A stretch of 62,588 bases of DNA, filler included, from Asterionella formosa (lineage: Eukaryota): the NCBI GenBank assembly GCA_002256025.1. It is 20 parts of 20 records of this genome, joined end to end, with 100 filler letters (N's around TTAATTAATTAA, not from the genome) between each part and the next. Parts side by side here need not be neighbours in the genome. Positions count along the whole stretch, not along the records: positions 10,968 to 38,846 come from NKIB01001360.1; 19 more parts are not named here. The stretch is one strand, 5' to 3'. The notes beneath the pieces were generated by a model, which was not told the DNA's origin, did not search any database, and saw only the letters and a program-made list of their open reading frames with translations. Made by a program: the position numbers and the translations under genes. This document shows, one piece after another, positions 11,758 to 25,309 of this stretch. Numbering within the stretch: position 1 is the first letter of the stretch; each line of letters begins with the position of its first letter.

Positions 11758-12334
11758 TATGCATAATAATCATTTTTATAGCTGATTATTACTAGTAGTC
11801 TATTTCTAGAGTTGCAATCTTTGCACTCCATGGCCTATAAAGGTAGGGAAGTGGAGTTTTTGTATGGTGGTCACTCCCTTGAATGGAATTAGGGGTTTAA
11901 AACGTTGTGGTAGCTTTGTTCTCTGACCAGTTCTCCATAGCTGCACTGTTCATGTCAGCTTGAGAATTGGATGGGAAGTGTGGATTGTGTTAATTCTTTC
12001 CTAGTAGTCCCCACTTCTTGTGTTGGTGTCTTTATATTTTCTTGTTGTTTCTGTTAATTCTTTTATCGGTTTGTAGCTCATTGCATACACTTAAGTTATT
12101 TAGAAGCTCAAAGCGCTGGTGCAGACCCAATTCAAATGCCAGGACATCAACATTGGTGTGCCTGACACTGGCCCTCAATGAATAACCGGTAAACGGCTGA
12201 GTGCAAAGATCAAGGGCAGCAGACCATGAGGAAAATCGTACAAATAGCAATGTATCATAGTAGACTAGGTTAAACAAACGAGCATTGATTTGCAACTTTA
12301 TTAAGTTGTTGAATCAGGACTCTGAAGAGTCACT

Positions 12335-13579
12335 TTAAATCAACAACTCAGCTTGAGACACACAGCTCCCATCATTAATACAATCTTCAATTCCACAATA
12401 TACATCCGGCTTTCCCTCATCGTTACTTTCTCCCCAAGAGCGCACTTTTGATCGACAAGAGTCACATATCAGTACCAAGATGCGGCATTTGCAACACCGA
12501 CCTTCTCGGTTGTCAGATGGTGCAAATCCATTATCATAGTCGTCCCAAACTTTGTAGCACAACATACAATTCCCAACGACACCAGAACCTGTACATGGAT
12601 CCGTTCTCCTGTGGTCAAAGACAAAATTCTTGCCTCTGTAAAGACATTCAACTTTTTGGTCCTTGTTGTCTGTGCTACCAAACGTTTCTAAATACCGCTG
12701 AATACCACCTTCAAGCTGATATATACCTTTAGGAGGTTCCAGCCCCTTCCATTGCTCTGACTTTGTAAGTGCCTGCAAGTATACAGATGCTCTCTCACAT
12801 CTAACCCCACCTGTGCAGAACATGAACACTACTTTACCCGCGATATGTTCCTTGGATTGATGTAGGACGTCTGTCAATGACGTGTACTTCCTTGTGTTGG
12901 TAAGTAGCGTTGGGATTCCTTGAACTTTAAAGTGTCCCACTCTGCTTTCATAGACATTGCGGGCGTCTATCAAGATTGCATCACCTCTATGCGCGAGCAG
13001 GCTCTCATTCCATTCGTTTGGGCTCAAATGGGGGGCAGGACCAAAATCGCCTAACCGAATGGTGTTGAGAATCACGGATCCTATTTCTTTGGGTTCTTCT
13101 TCTTGTTGCTGCCGCTCAGATTTTGTTCGATTTCTCCGTCGTCTGCGATAGTACTGAGATATTACTTCTTGTTGTTCTGGCTTACGGTGATGCTTTGCAA
13201 TTGGGAACAATGTCACAACCTCGTTTGTTTTACGTATGGATAGACTCGTAAAGAGTTGTGCCTGAACTGACAAGTCTGTTCTCAGGGAACAGTACTTGAC
13301 ATCCATTAATCTAATGCCAAGTTGTGTCTGTGTCTGTTCTTCGTAGACCTTGAGATTGGCTTCTTGACCACTAAGGACACCATTCAATCCCTCCGGACTG
13401 ACGCGTATCCGACCAAATAGTCTCAGGTCGTTGCATAGCTTGGTTTGAAAACCCACATGTTCGTTAACATTCGCGATTTCGACATAGCAATAGAAGAGAG
13501 CAATTTTGAACGAGTCATATGAAAGGGGTGGCTCACTTTTGTTGGAAAGTTCGTCAGACATGATGACTTTATGTTTCAT
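12335..13579 (-). CDS. TrhO/TSTD2-like (UPF0176) rhodanese-domain protein
   Basis: ALFYCYV, GRIRVSPEGLNG, DARNVYESRVGHF, MFCTGGVRCER, LEGGIQRY, GKNFVFDHR, Cys-rich C-terminus; start codon uncertain (13579 or 13561). Confidence 0.92.
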   Translation of the reverse strand: MKHKVIMSDELSNKSEPPLSYDSFKIALFYCYVEIANVNEHVGFQTKLCNDLRLFGRIRVSPEGLNGVLSGQEANLKVYEEQTQTQLGIRLMDVKYCSLRTDLSVQAQLFTSLSIRKTNEVVTLFPIAKHHRKPEQQEVISQYYRRRRRNRTKSERQQQEEEPKEIGSVILNTIRLGDFGPAPHLSPNEWNESLLAHRGDAILIDARNVYESRVGHFKVQGIPTLLTNTRKYTSLTDVLHQSKEHIAGKVVFMFCTGGVRCERASVYLQALTKSEQWKGLEPPKGIYQLEGGIQRYLETFGSTDNKDQKVECLYRGKNFVFDHRRTDPCTGSGVVGNCMLCYKVWDDYDNGFAPSDNREGRCCKCRILVLICDSCRSKVRSWGESNDEGKPDVYCGIEDCINDGSCVSQAELLI

Positions 13580-15719
13580 TGCTTCAGCATGAAGCAATGC
13601 CGGTACAGGGGTCGGTAGTCTATAGTACTGGTACCTGGTAGTCGCATGAATTGTGGTCGTCATACCGGTATACTAAGATACTGGTACCTGGTACCCTGGT
13701 ATTACTTGTAAAAATCAACCCAGGTTGTATTTTCTGTAGGCCTCAATTATCGTTCTAGTGCGGATGGTAAAATACCTTGACGGTATTTTTCCGTACTTGA
13801 TCACGAGAAATACAGTTTTTACTTATTCTGCCAGTTGGTACCATTGTCAAGGCAAGCACCAGCAAACATCTTGAAATTACAAAGCAAAATTCACAGGACA
13901 TTTGGTCTGAGAAGGAGGAATGAACCATGACAAGTCTGATGAACCTAAAAACTGCTAAGAAAGATAATTAATGCTAGAATATAATTGATAACATACATTA
14001 TCATAAATTTTCTAATCGCAAAGACCAACAAGTACATGACAAACTGAAGGAAAAACATTCTGCACTTGCCAAAGGATATTATCAATTGGTCAATGAACTC
14101 AATCACTACAAAGGTCGTACTTCGGTTCAAAACTCGTCCATACAAGGTTATCAAGATTCTTCAAATTCAGCAGCCTTATCAGAACGTCGTTCCTGCTTAG
14201 CTCAAATTGAACCGATCCATCAATTGTCACAAAGGTTGTGAGTTTTATTTGTTTTCAAGACCAAGAAGTTTTGCTGTGAACATGTAAGTTTGAAGTTATA
14301 GTTCGCGAATTGCAGGTACTGTAAAAAAGAATATCAATCGAATGTGCTTTCTTCTGGTCCCAAAAGAGAATCAAACATCCCGCCCTGCCTATCTGGTCCA
14401 AGTAGTACTATGAAAGGCATTTCCAATCACAAACAGGATTGGTTTCCCCAATGTTTACCTGCCTAACTCGGTTATACACAGTGAAACCGGAGTTAGGCAT
14501 AGAAGTAGAGAGTGACCCAGAGCTTGCCGATTTCATATGGAATGGTTCTGATGCACTACTTCCGATGAATCAGACCATTGAACATACCAACAAGGCATGC
14601 TTAGATTATATTTAATTAACATTTGGTGGCATATGCATTAAAAAAATGAGAGAGTGTCAGAATGCATTGAATAATCAATTTAAAGGAATCCTAGGCAAGT
14701 TCTTGCAGGGTGGGAAATGCTCTGAAAGCAGGAGTTTTTGAGTTAATTTAAAAATGCTAACATAATTCATGACACACCAGCTGGTCTAACAGAATATAAC
14801 TCCTTCCAGACTATGGGTATTAATGACTTTCCGTGGAGAACCATTTTTAACAGGAGACAAATCTGGTGTAACCAAGCCAAATTTTAACTAAGTCTTCGGG
14901 CACAGTGTGAATTGCAATCACGTTTTGTTGGTTAGCTGGTCAATGCCAGTACAGAAGCATTTTGCTTCTTGGTGCCGAAAGGAAAATTACGATTGCAACG
15001 AAAAAATTTGGGTTTCAATCCAGTTACGCAGGAAATTTCAAGAACAAATTTCGTCATTCTACTGATTTTGTCAACATTGAAAGGAAACCACTTATCAAAA
15101 AAGTGTGAGGGAAGAAAGTTCAGTTTCAAATGGTCTCACTGATCAATGGACTGATGATTTACTCGGTTATTATAAGGAAATCTATACTGGACTTTCACAA
15201 AAGAATCGATCTGAATATGGAAGGAATCCTAGTGGAATTGCTACTTCCACAACAAATATCATCTAGCAACCCACACTCATACTTCTCATTTCCCAGTCAA
15301 TGTAAGTGAAGAGGATATGAATCAATATGTTGAACCACTTCAACCAAATGTTCCTGAGAAGAATATTGATTACCATGAACGCATTAATCAACAGGACATT
15401 GATGACGATGTTGATTTTGAATGACTCTAACAGAATCCAAGAATGCATGCTTAGTAGTTACATAATATATATAGCTAGTGTGATACTTCTACAATGAACA
15501 AACCATATCATAGATGTTAGGAAAACGTCGATTTTGCTCTACAATACTAGTAGTGGCGCCTGAACTATATGCAGCACCGGTATACCTCCATTTTTACTAC
15601 TATGGTGGAGTGATAATTTCACGACTCTGCATTGTCCAGCACAGCATGATCGAAGTGATGCTAAATTTATTATTAATAATTCATTTTCATTCTATCCTGT
15701 TCACATCCTGACTTTGTCA

Positions 15720-17900
15720 TCATTTGAAATTTGGAGAACGCATATATGACGAAGTAACTTCCGCGATTTGGTTTGAAAATGCATTCAACAATTCTCCTGC
15801 ATCAAAAAATGGAGTGTTGAAGGCAAGACAGGGTGTTTATTTGTTGCCCTAGCAGTTTTCAGTGATGGTTCACCTATTGATAAACAACTGAAACATTCCG
15901 AGCATTCATTTTTGATGACAATGTTAAACTTAATTGGTATCTCTTTTGCCAGACATTGAAGCAGGTCAGTGATCTGGAGAAACAAATGAATAATAAGTTA
16001 ACTGGTGACAACTTGTCCTTATGAAGACTCAAATTATACCATTCTGTTACAGGATTTCTATTGTCGCCTTTCGAAGAGCGATCCAAACAAGTCATACGAT
16101 ATTTGGGTTCATGGTCTTGGTATGACAAAAGATTATTTCCAGATTGGAATGATCATTGGTGATACAGAAGAGCACAACAAAATTTGTGGTTTCAGGGGTG
16201 GTAATGGATTATATCGACGATAGGTTTGTCGTGATTGCCTGGTTTCAACTGAAGATGCTGATAATCCCGATGATGTTAAAAAGTTTTTAAACAATTTTCT
16301 TGACAAAAATGCAGATCCCAATGGAAAATTACCATGTATCCCACCTGAGTATTGTGTCTCCCAATCTAATGGCAAATAAGCAACAGCAAACGAGTGGTGC
16401 CGTGTTATATCGCATAATCCTATTATGCCTGCACTAATGAATCATTTTTTTGGTGGTGGCTTAGAAGGATTATTTGGTGCAACTCCATTTGAGGTTCTTC
16501 ATCAATTACTACTTTGAAAATTCAAGTACATTTTGGAATCATTGTACAATTATCGGACTATCCCTGAAGAATGGATATTTCTTTTAAAGAAAGAAAATCA
16601 CCACATCAGATATTCCAGAGAACATCTCTGATCAGAAACATATCACTGAAACAACAGACTCTGCTTTTCTTGATCAAGAGCAACCGAAGAAGAAGAAACG
16701 GGCTAAGACCAAAAAGGACACACGCACCAGTTACCAAAAGTATCTACACTGGCAAAAATCAAGACCCAACACTTGTACCAGCACCAGAAATGCATGTATT
16801 TTCGAAACTATACTTCGAACAAAGTGGCTGCTAGATATATCAATAGTCATTTGGAAAGCAAGGCAAAGCGATCGTGATATTCCAAAATTGTCATACAGAT
16901 CTGGGATGAAAGCTTTGTCAAAATGTCAGGGCAAGGAATTCCCGGATCATCTATGTCTGTTAACAATTTTTTCAATGGGTGGAATGATGGGTTCAGAGAA
17001 CATGCACCTAGAAAAGGATTTCACATTGCTGTTATGGGTATGTATATCTATCAATGACACTTTATTCATACCGCAGCATACATGAACATGTACAGCATTA
17101 ATATTTTAGTGGAAATGGTTAAAAGGTTTATATCAGATACTAAGATTATCGTGATTGGTCCCCAACGGGAAATGATATCTCAAATTGGCTTACGAATGGC
17201 AAAATTTCATGGAAATTAAACATTACCCTCATCTGATTAGGAAGTTTGGATCTCCTCTTAATTTCTTTGGTGGATATTTGGAGTCTTTTTTGAAAGACAA
17301 ATTGAAACGAGCAACCCAGTAAGCGTGTCAATGGCCAGCCAATTACATCGATTAAAGCATGACATTTTAACAAGGTCAAATGAAATAAGGGAGTTTTCCT
17401 TGGCACGAAAAAATGTTTTTGCAAGTTTTTGACATTTTTGATGCATCAAGAAATTTGTTCCAATAGGTGCATGATTATACCTTTTGAAGGGAGCAACTTT
17501 TTCATTCATTTTTTGGATCATGGATTTCACGTTGACAACGCACATCATCCTTCTTGAAAGATGAATTGCAAGGAAGTCGTCCAAATACCTCGTTCAACAT
17601 TTTTAAATCTAAATAGGAGCTCAAAATTATGTCGATACAAAATTGAAGAACAGTTATTTCCAACTGAAACATATCCTCATGAGTGTTTGTCGTTGTCACT
17701 TGAGGCCAAACTATTCCAAGATGAAAGTATGTTGACTTGGTTGGTGGGTCAGATGTAACAGATAACAAATCGTCTGTTCGATCAGTTGCTACCACCTGAC
17801 CTTTAAAAACTTTCCAGGACTCCGTATCCAAACGGAATTGAGCCCGGTTGCCAAGAAATTTTGTTTTGCCATTCCTTTCTAGTTGCAATAGAGATTCCAA
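15720..17900 (+). pseudogene. Decayed Plavaka-type transposase
   Basis: Broken frames give YDEVTSAIWF, LFVALAVFSDGS, IGMIIGDTEEHNKICG...VCRDC...DADNP, GLFGATPFEVLHQ, colinear with the 7740 protein; ends approximate. Confidence 0.7.
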
Positions 17901-17905
17901 TACTT

Positions 17906-19682
17906 TCACAATTGTAAATGATCCACATGATCATCCACTATCATCTTCTGGTTGAAATAACATGGAATCATGTTCAGTGGCCATGATGACAAGCGATCTG
18001 CAATGGTGCCGTGCTTTGGTGCCAGTATAGAAAGATTCCGATAAACCAATTTCTTCAGGTGTATGGTATTCTTGTGGAAGATATCCTGTATCGGTGCATA
18101 ACAATTCCAATTGTTTCGTGCATCCAGGGATGATGCAGTACTTATGGGCAAGGTGAAATACTTGATCATAATGTTCATCCAAACTAAAACTTGCTTCTTT
18201 TCCTGGATCACGGACTTGACATAATCCATCATTTATAGCAAAAAGATAATGCACAAAATGGTTGTTTTCCTCTCCTCATCTGATCGTTTGCAATAAACAA
18301 TTAGCACATGCATAGTTTCTGTCATGATGAAGTGGATGACAATCACCTTGGTATATATACGGTTTGTCATAAACCTTTTATGGGTTCTCATCCAGATCAA
18401 ATATAGTATAACCTTTACATCAGTTGGATGAAGTTCATGAATTATATAATGGATCATAGAGGTAATTGTTTCAAGGTCCCAATATGCAAGATCTTTAAAA
18501 TCTGAAGATGATTTTTTGATACCTTTGACTCCATAAAATACAGAGGTGTAATTGAATATTTCTTGTGGGTACGTGTGTTCAAATCTTTCAACAATTTTAG
18601 TTGTCCATCCTTTTTCGGCAAACTCAAGGAAAATACAGTTTGCTTTGGCATAATAACTCTGCACATTTAACACGCCAACTCTTCACAAAAGTAGCTAGCT
18701 GCCTTCGGAATTGTTCTCGATGATTTTACAGAGAAATTCTAATCTTTTTCTTCCATGTATGATTTGGAAAAAGATTCAATTTTTTTCTTCAAACTTCGTT
18801 CCCGTCTCGCTCAGTGCATCAACTGCCTTAGCTAGCATGGTCATCACATCTCTGTCTGCATCGATCTTCTTTAATTCGAGGTCTTGATCTAGCTCGGACT
18901 TTTTCTTGAATATCTTGCTTTTCTTTTAGAAATGCAATAGTTTCTCTGCTTTCATGATGTTCATCTTGATGGGCGTTCTGGACGAATAGTGAGACATATT
19001 TATGGGTTTTGCAACTTTTCAACCATTTCTACTTCAGAAGTGATGCATGTCTCCCACAGCCATTTCCGCCGCTATTTTCATTCATCGCATGAATTTGTTC
19101 ATCAAATGAATGAGAATCATTGAGTTCTTCTTCATTATCAGCGATTTCAGGAGAATGAGGAGCAAAATACGACATCGGATGGAACTGTGACTCTGTAGGA
19201 ATAGAGTCTTCATCCGCGAAGAACAACTGTTTGGGTTTCCTCTGCTCTTCGAAAGCAATCTTTCCTTCTTTTCAATCTCTGCCACTATTGTATCGGCATA
19301 CTTGCTTCATTACTTTTTCTGGAGTATTATGAATCTGTTCAAATTCATTTGTTATTTGAGTGTATTCAAAGGAAGCTTCGATTGATTTCAAAAGTTTCTT
19401 CATCTTCTTTTCCGACAACATAAAGTCGTGTAGTGTAAACAATGGAAGTTAGTCACGCTTCTTCGTCTGCAAATAAAAACTATCATATTTCCATGATTCA
19501 TCACAGGAATGTGATCATCTGATCATATTTTTTCGTTTAATCTTCGAATAATTTTGATAAATGCCCTTGTAATTTAAATAGTAACCCTTTTGACTACATA
19601 TATTTAATTATTATATGTATTGTTTCTATTGTTTCCTGTATTCGAATTTCTTGGTAGGATAATGTACCAGCTGAAGTAATGT
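17906..19682 (-). pseudogene. Decayed ORF of unknown family, convergent with the Plavaka relic
   Basis: Chain of overlapping minus-strand ORF fragments; 5' part has a second copy at 3380-3559. Confidence 0.4.
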
Positions 19683-20913
19683 CATTTTCCAAATGGTATT
19701 TCATGGATTTCATGCAAAGGAGCAGTCAAACAAGAAACGTGACTTACTTCCATTTTGATCGAGCGTGATCACCAGGTTGCTGCACTATCCACTCCCTCTA
19801 GTTGAATCATAATACATAACTTGTTGAATCATGATACATAGCTTGTGATGCAGACTCTGAGTAGATAGGTAGTGAAGCGCGTTAGTACAAGAAAAGCATT
19901 GCTTTGCGGCAATTCTGAAATCATGGTCAACAACTATACAAGTAATCAAATAAGATCAACAAAGATACATCTTCAAATACTAGGCATTGATACATACATA
20001 GGCCCTTATGTAGTAGATAAATACAATCGAACTAAAACAACAGTACGGAAAGACAAACAATGACACAAGCGTTTAAACCAAAAATGGAAGCAACTAAATC
20101 GCAAATTGGAAAAAAGTATCTACATTCCAAATTCATCGCTTGTTATCAATAAAATTATTTCGCATCAGACTGGGCATGATGGACAATAATCGGCATGGTA
20201 AAAGGTGATTTTCTGGAGTCACTTTTCAGGCAACGAGAAAACGATGTGAATACTAGATATACTTTTATCAAATCTGTAGAGTATATAAAATGGGTTTTTT
20301 AAGTATATCTCTTGCCAATTTCATCAAGACGAGAACTTGACAACCGCAGGGCAATTGGCATAAATTGTCTTGCCAAAATGCTAGCACATGAAATATCCAA
20401 GAAATATTTTAATGATGGGAAATATTGGACCTTTGGAAAGATTTGATGAGAATATAGGAAATATTTAATTTTTTTGTTATTTGATGGGAAATAGCAACCT
20501 AAAAATGACATTTATTTTCAATGAGTGGGCAATAGTAGGTAAGCAAATGGTGTGACGATACTAGCTAGTTTGTAAATTGCCTCAACAATACCCTTCTTGG
20601 CCGCGGCTTCTTGCCTTCTCATAAACATGTGTTTTCGCAGGCAAGAGATCACCTCAGGTGTGTCTCAGCAAGTCTTTAAATGGTATGGGAAACTATATGT
20701 ATAGTCATTCATGCCTAAACATCTACTTAGATAATATACTGTTGTAAAGAACAGATTTCTGGGTCAGCATGAGTACACCAATTTGTGTTATAATTCGCAT
20801 GGTAAAAACATTATTTAATATCAGAGAGCGCAAATTACTTCAGCAAAATGGAAAGTGAAATTACAAACCTGACAAAACATGTGGTGGTGATCGATGAACG
20901 TCCGGAAACAAAA

Positions 20914-21019
20914 AGAACAACACCCGGGATTCCAACGTGGTCCCCCAACGTAGTACTAACCGGGTCCGATGAAACTTGACTTCGCTGAGGAGACGGGAAG
21001 CGGTGTTGTCATCATGGTA
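20914..21019 (-). rRNA. 5S rRNA gene copy, 5'-truncated (probable pseudogene)
   Basis: Minus strand TACCATGATGACAACACCGCTTCCCGTC...AGCGAAGTCAAG...GGTTAGTACTACG...GGGGACCACG..GGAATCCCGGGTGTTGTTC followed by a T-run Pol III terminator; first ~10-13 nt absent. Confidence 0.9.
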
Positions 21020-22936
21020 CAATGAAATTTAACAATTTTTTTTAGGTTGCGGCCTTGCAGTTACACGTCGCGAGGTCTGTTTTCTTCCAAAATAATTTTA
21101 TTATGTTCTTTAATCTACACAGTACGTACAACTAAATAAAATAGTTAAAGGTAAAATTAGCTTTCACCAATACGACCACTTTGCATGTGCTTAGATACAG
21201 TCATTACTCGACTTAGGGGTATGATCTATATCCAGAAATGGTAAGGACCTCATTTCTGGAGAGAAGTGGCAGTTATCCCTCTTGGAATCGTAATTATCCA
21301 AAAAATAGTCAAAAAAGGGGGCCATCAAGCTTTTAAAAAATCTACGAGGGATAACTGCCACTTCTCTGCAGAAGGTATCTCCTGACGTTATAGGGTACAC
21401 GGCTATCTATTTCATTCTTCATGAAACCCCGTAGATGTAGAGCAATCCTCCTCCAAAAAGTCGACCCGACCGGCTTTTTCACCAGTCGCCAAAATATTGG
21501 AATCAGAATTTGTACGTGTAAAAACGTTCTCGTATACTTGGAGTCTTGCATACCGGTAGGTATGTTTCGCTGAATAATTCTCAGTCCGAAAAGACTTCAG
21601 TATAAGTTCCCGCGTCACTACACATATTCTGATTGGTTGAATTGAATTTATTCACCTGCTTCAGATTCGCTGAAGTATCCCGGTCTTGTAAAATCTCGCC
21701 AGCCACACTTGAACCACACATATTAGATGTTTTGAATTCTGGTTGGTAAAATCAGTACCTGGTACCGGTGCTACCGGTAGTACATCCTGTTCTCCATCAT
21801 GATGAACCAATATTGTGTAATAGTACCTGGTACTCTGAGTACCGAAATACCATTTCTCTGGGACTCCGGTACTGGTACTGATTCACACACCACCGGTATA
21901 TACCTTGGTGCGTGGAGTGATATTGAAACTACATACAGCCACGAAGATTCAATAAAAACGTACAAACACGAGCCATGAGCATATATGTTGGCATACTCCT
22001 AATTTATATATGTGTTTTGGCGTTGAGTAAAATTATGTCTACATTCAACAACGTAGAAATAGAATAAATGTTTGAATATAATTTTTAAAGGAATTCTATC
22101 AATCTGGCGCCGATTCCTATTTAATTCAAATATTCAAATGGACACTCGAATCGTGGGAATTCATTGTAGGAAACTCCCTGTTCCACGCCGTTTTTCCACC
22201 CCTAGCAATATTTTCTACGAGCTAGGGTTAAGCCGGGCGGCAACCTTAAAGTAGTACCAGCACTATAAATATACATAGCAAAATTACCACAACTTGCTTG
22301 CAGGTCATCCGTTCCTCTAGCGGTAGTTACGGCCCAGGTAGCCAGCCACTGATAGTATTCTACGTGCGTGTGTTACATGCTAACTTGCACAGTTGATGAT
22401 GTGGACTACCTTGTTGAAGGCTCACGTACTCCTTCCTGTCTGACGGGTACCAGCTATCCTCTTTCGTAGGTTTTACCTTTTGTACAACTAGCACTGTTGC
22501 CTTCTCGTGCTGCTAGCCTTTCGTGGTAGTTTTGTTATTGACCTTACTCTGTCAATTCTAACTGTTTCTTAATTATAAGCTTAAACTAAAACCCAATTTC
22601 AATCCCAGCCACAACACTTTGAGAAAGTGTTCTTCGTATTCCCTTTTCGCCGATGCAAAAGTTCTTCTGATTGATCTAAAACATCAATCTTGTTAGCAAG
22701 CTTTCTTGATATGGGAACATAGCATTTGACTCATTGGACTATAGTCGAGTCCACAGTCATTGTGGGTACCAGGTACGACATGATAATATAATAATCAAAA
22801 CAAAATGTTTTGTAAAAATCTACATAACGGTAGTATATTGCACCCATCACATCATCCTTTTTGTCGACCGCGATGAATCAGCAACCAGATCCCACTGTGC
22901 ACGTGAAACAAAACTGAAAAGCACATCGAACAAGTA

Positions 22937-23407
22937 ATGACGATGACTAAAAACTGCGTAAGTACCGGTAGAATCCTGATGATTCTGCTAGTACAACTAC
23001 TAATGGCTTTGCAAGTCTCTAGTGTGGATGCGTTGAGCTCATTGGCGGCAACAACTCGTCGCTCGTTCCTTGTCACTATTCCATTCATTACTGCCGCAAC
23101 TCGCATTGATTGCTGGGCACTGGATATGGATGCCTTTATCAATGCTGAACTTGACAAAGATGACTGTGATCCATCCTCCAAACGATGCATCCCGAAGAAT
23201 AAAATGAGCGACGACGAGGCACTTTGTAAGTTTGGCCAGCCCAGCAAAGAGAGAGGAGAGGCGTGTGTACGAGCTGGCATGTCGATACAATTGAAGCAAG
23301 GAGGCGTGGATGCATTTGGGAAATTAAATCGAGGGGATTTTGTGAGGTGCAAGCAATTTTATGATTTGGAAAATGGAGCTTATGTGAAGAAGACTGAGTG
23401 CAATTAA
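22937..23407 (+). CDS. Small Cys-rich protein with signal peptide and twin-arginine-like motif (putative thylakoid lumen)
   Basis: Hydrophobic N-terminus, RRSFL, hydrophobic stretch ending CWA, mature domain with 6 Cys. Confidence 0.7.
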   Translation: MTMTKNCVSTGRILMILLVQLLMALQVSSVDALSSLAATTRRSFLVTIPFITAATRIDCWALDMDAFINAELDKDDCDPSSKRCIPKNKMSDDEALCKFGQPSKERGEACVRAGMSIQLKQGGVDAFGKLNRGDFVRCKQFYDLENGAYVKKTECN

Positions 23408-23968
23408 TTGTAGTTTTGATATGCTGATGGGTGACCATTGGGAACCCATATAATGATCGATTCAGTACAAGCGTGATGAATAGGTTCTGCTACTGCTTGA
23501 TTGTTCCAATTATTACAAAAAAATGGGAATACAGTAACTGCAATGTAAGACCGCAGTTACTCTCATATTCCTTTTGTCACCCCCTTTGTGGTATGCTGGT
23601 TTCTCAACATCTAACAGCCGCAGTAGCGTTTGTGTTTGTTGTATGTCAAATGATTCAAGATTTACATCCTTGATATAGTTAGTTTTCCAATCTCCAAAGT
23701 CACTTTGATGACTGGCTTGCGTCTACAACAATAAATAAGGTCACAAAGTTTAGAAATGAAAGTATAAAACGATCCTCAGTTGTGGACTAAAGACTCATGC
23801 ACTGAGAGTCATTCCTTTTCCTTCAGATCACGAGATCTATCTTCTCAATCCAAAATCTGACTATACGTAGGAGTACCTAAGAGGAGGAGCTTCAACAAGC
23901 TACATTCTTTCTTGAACATTTTCGTGATCTGGCACCAAGAGGAGCTATCTTACGACTTGGTGTTCATT

Positions 23969-25093
23969 TCATTTTTGAAGTCGCTGCTTTCGTCGTTTTG
24001 CCACACCGCCCCCTTGCCCAACATTTTGAGCCTGAAACTGTAGAATAATGGCGGTCATATTATCACGACTTCCTCGCTTCAAACAAGTGTCAAGTAATTC
24101 TTCGCATATCAAACCAAGATTGGATTCTCCTTCTTGTTCAAATAATGTCTTCACTATATCTGTACACTCTTGATTGGTAACAACATCCCAAATCCCATCA
24201 CATGCCATTACAATAAATTTATCTTCCAATTGATTACGGATATGGACCACAACATCTGGAAGTGACGATACTTTTTGCTGGGCTGCATGTAGTAGCTTGT
24301 TCGTTGTGTTGTTCATGACCAAGTTGGTGTCCTTGAATTCGTAATCTCCCAATGCTCGTGACATGGCCAAAATACCATCGACTCGTCCCGAATGGACCGT
24401 TCCACCGGCTTTGACAATTCGTTCTTCTTCTTCGTGAGTATTGGGTGAATGATCCACGCTGAGAGGTAGTACTACTGACCCATGAGTCACCAAAATGGCA
24501 CGAGAATCGCCTACATTGGCACACATAATACAATGTGGCGTCACAAGTACCGCGACTAGAGTCGTACCACTAGAGTCGTGTGTTTCTCCCATCTGATATT
24601 CCTCCTCTACATGATGGTGATCCCAATCATCCTCATTGATGCTGTTCTGGTCCACCACCACCCGTTCCAGATCGCCTACTTGTTGTAGTAGTATTTCCTT
24701 GTCCAAATCCACAAAGGCATGTTGCAAAGCCAATGTAAGCAATTGAATCGAATGATTTTCATTCTTCAAGTTTGTTTTGTTTTTGTTTATTCTGCGTTGC
24801 TGTTGCTTATTATTCCGTTGCTGTTGGGTAGTCGCATTTTGATAGTCCTTAAATGCCTGTTGTTGACATAGAATCCTGGCAAGATTCTTACAAGCATACT
24901 CGGCGGCAAAGGTTCCTCCATGACCATCCAAGACACAAAAGAGTGAGATCTCGTCTTTTAACGACTCACACACATGGAAATCTTCCATCTCGATTCTCCA
25001 TCCTTGCATGGCGGATGCACCGAAGGAGAATGACATGTGTGTACCCGTTCGAGTTGCCTTGTCTCGCTTGGGAGCATCAAGTGTATTGCCCAT
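23969..25093 (-). CDS. PP2C/PPM family protein phosphatase
   Basis: MGNTLDAP start, MQGWRIEMED, VLDGHGG, SGTT, ANVGDSR, LAMSRALGD, ACDGIWDV, GSRDNMT. Confidence 0.97.
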   Translation of the reverse strand: MGNTLDAPKRDKATRTGTHMSFSFGASAMQGWRIEMEDFHVCESLKDEISLFCVLDGHGGTFAAEYACKNLARILCQQQAFKDYQNATTQQQRNNKQQQRRINKNKTNLKNENHSIQLLTLALQHAFVDLDKEILLQQVGDLERVVVDQNSINEDDWDHHHVEEEYQMGETHDSSGTTLVAVLVTPHCIMCANVGDSRAILVTHGSVVLPLSVDHSPNTHEEEERIVKAGGTVHSGRVDGILAMSRALGDYEFKDTNLVMNNTTNKLLHAAQQKVSSLPDVVVHIRNQLEDKFIVMACDGIWDVVTNQECTDIVKTLFEQEGESNLGLICEELLDTCLKRGSRDNMTAIILQFQAQNVGQGGGVAKRRKQRLQK

Positions 25094-25309
25094 GATGTGG
25101 TATAACAATGTATTTACTACATAGAGTCGATACAAAACAAGCTAAGCCTCCGACAGTATCCGCCCATTCGGCATCATGATGTGCGTCGTTTCGAGCTGCT
25201 TTGATGTTGGGTTTGACAATTTTAGTGAAGGCAATTTTTTTAAATTTTCATATACCAGTATACCGTAGCACCATATGCATACCTATAAACATACAGCATA
25301 TGAATATTG

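Noticed and set aside
22250..22616. Possible solo LTR ending in CAACA
   Set aside because: TGTTG...CAACA can be found, but there is no matching target-site duplication and no second copy in the window
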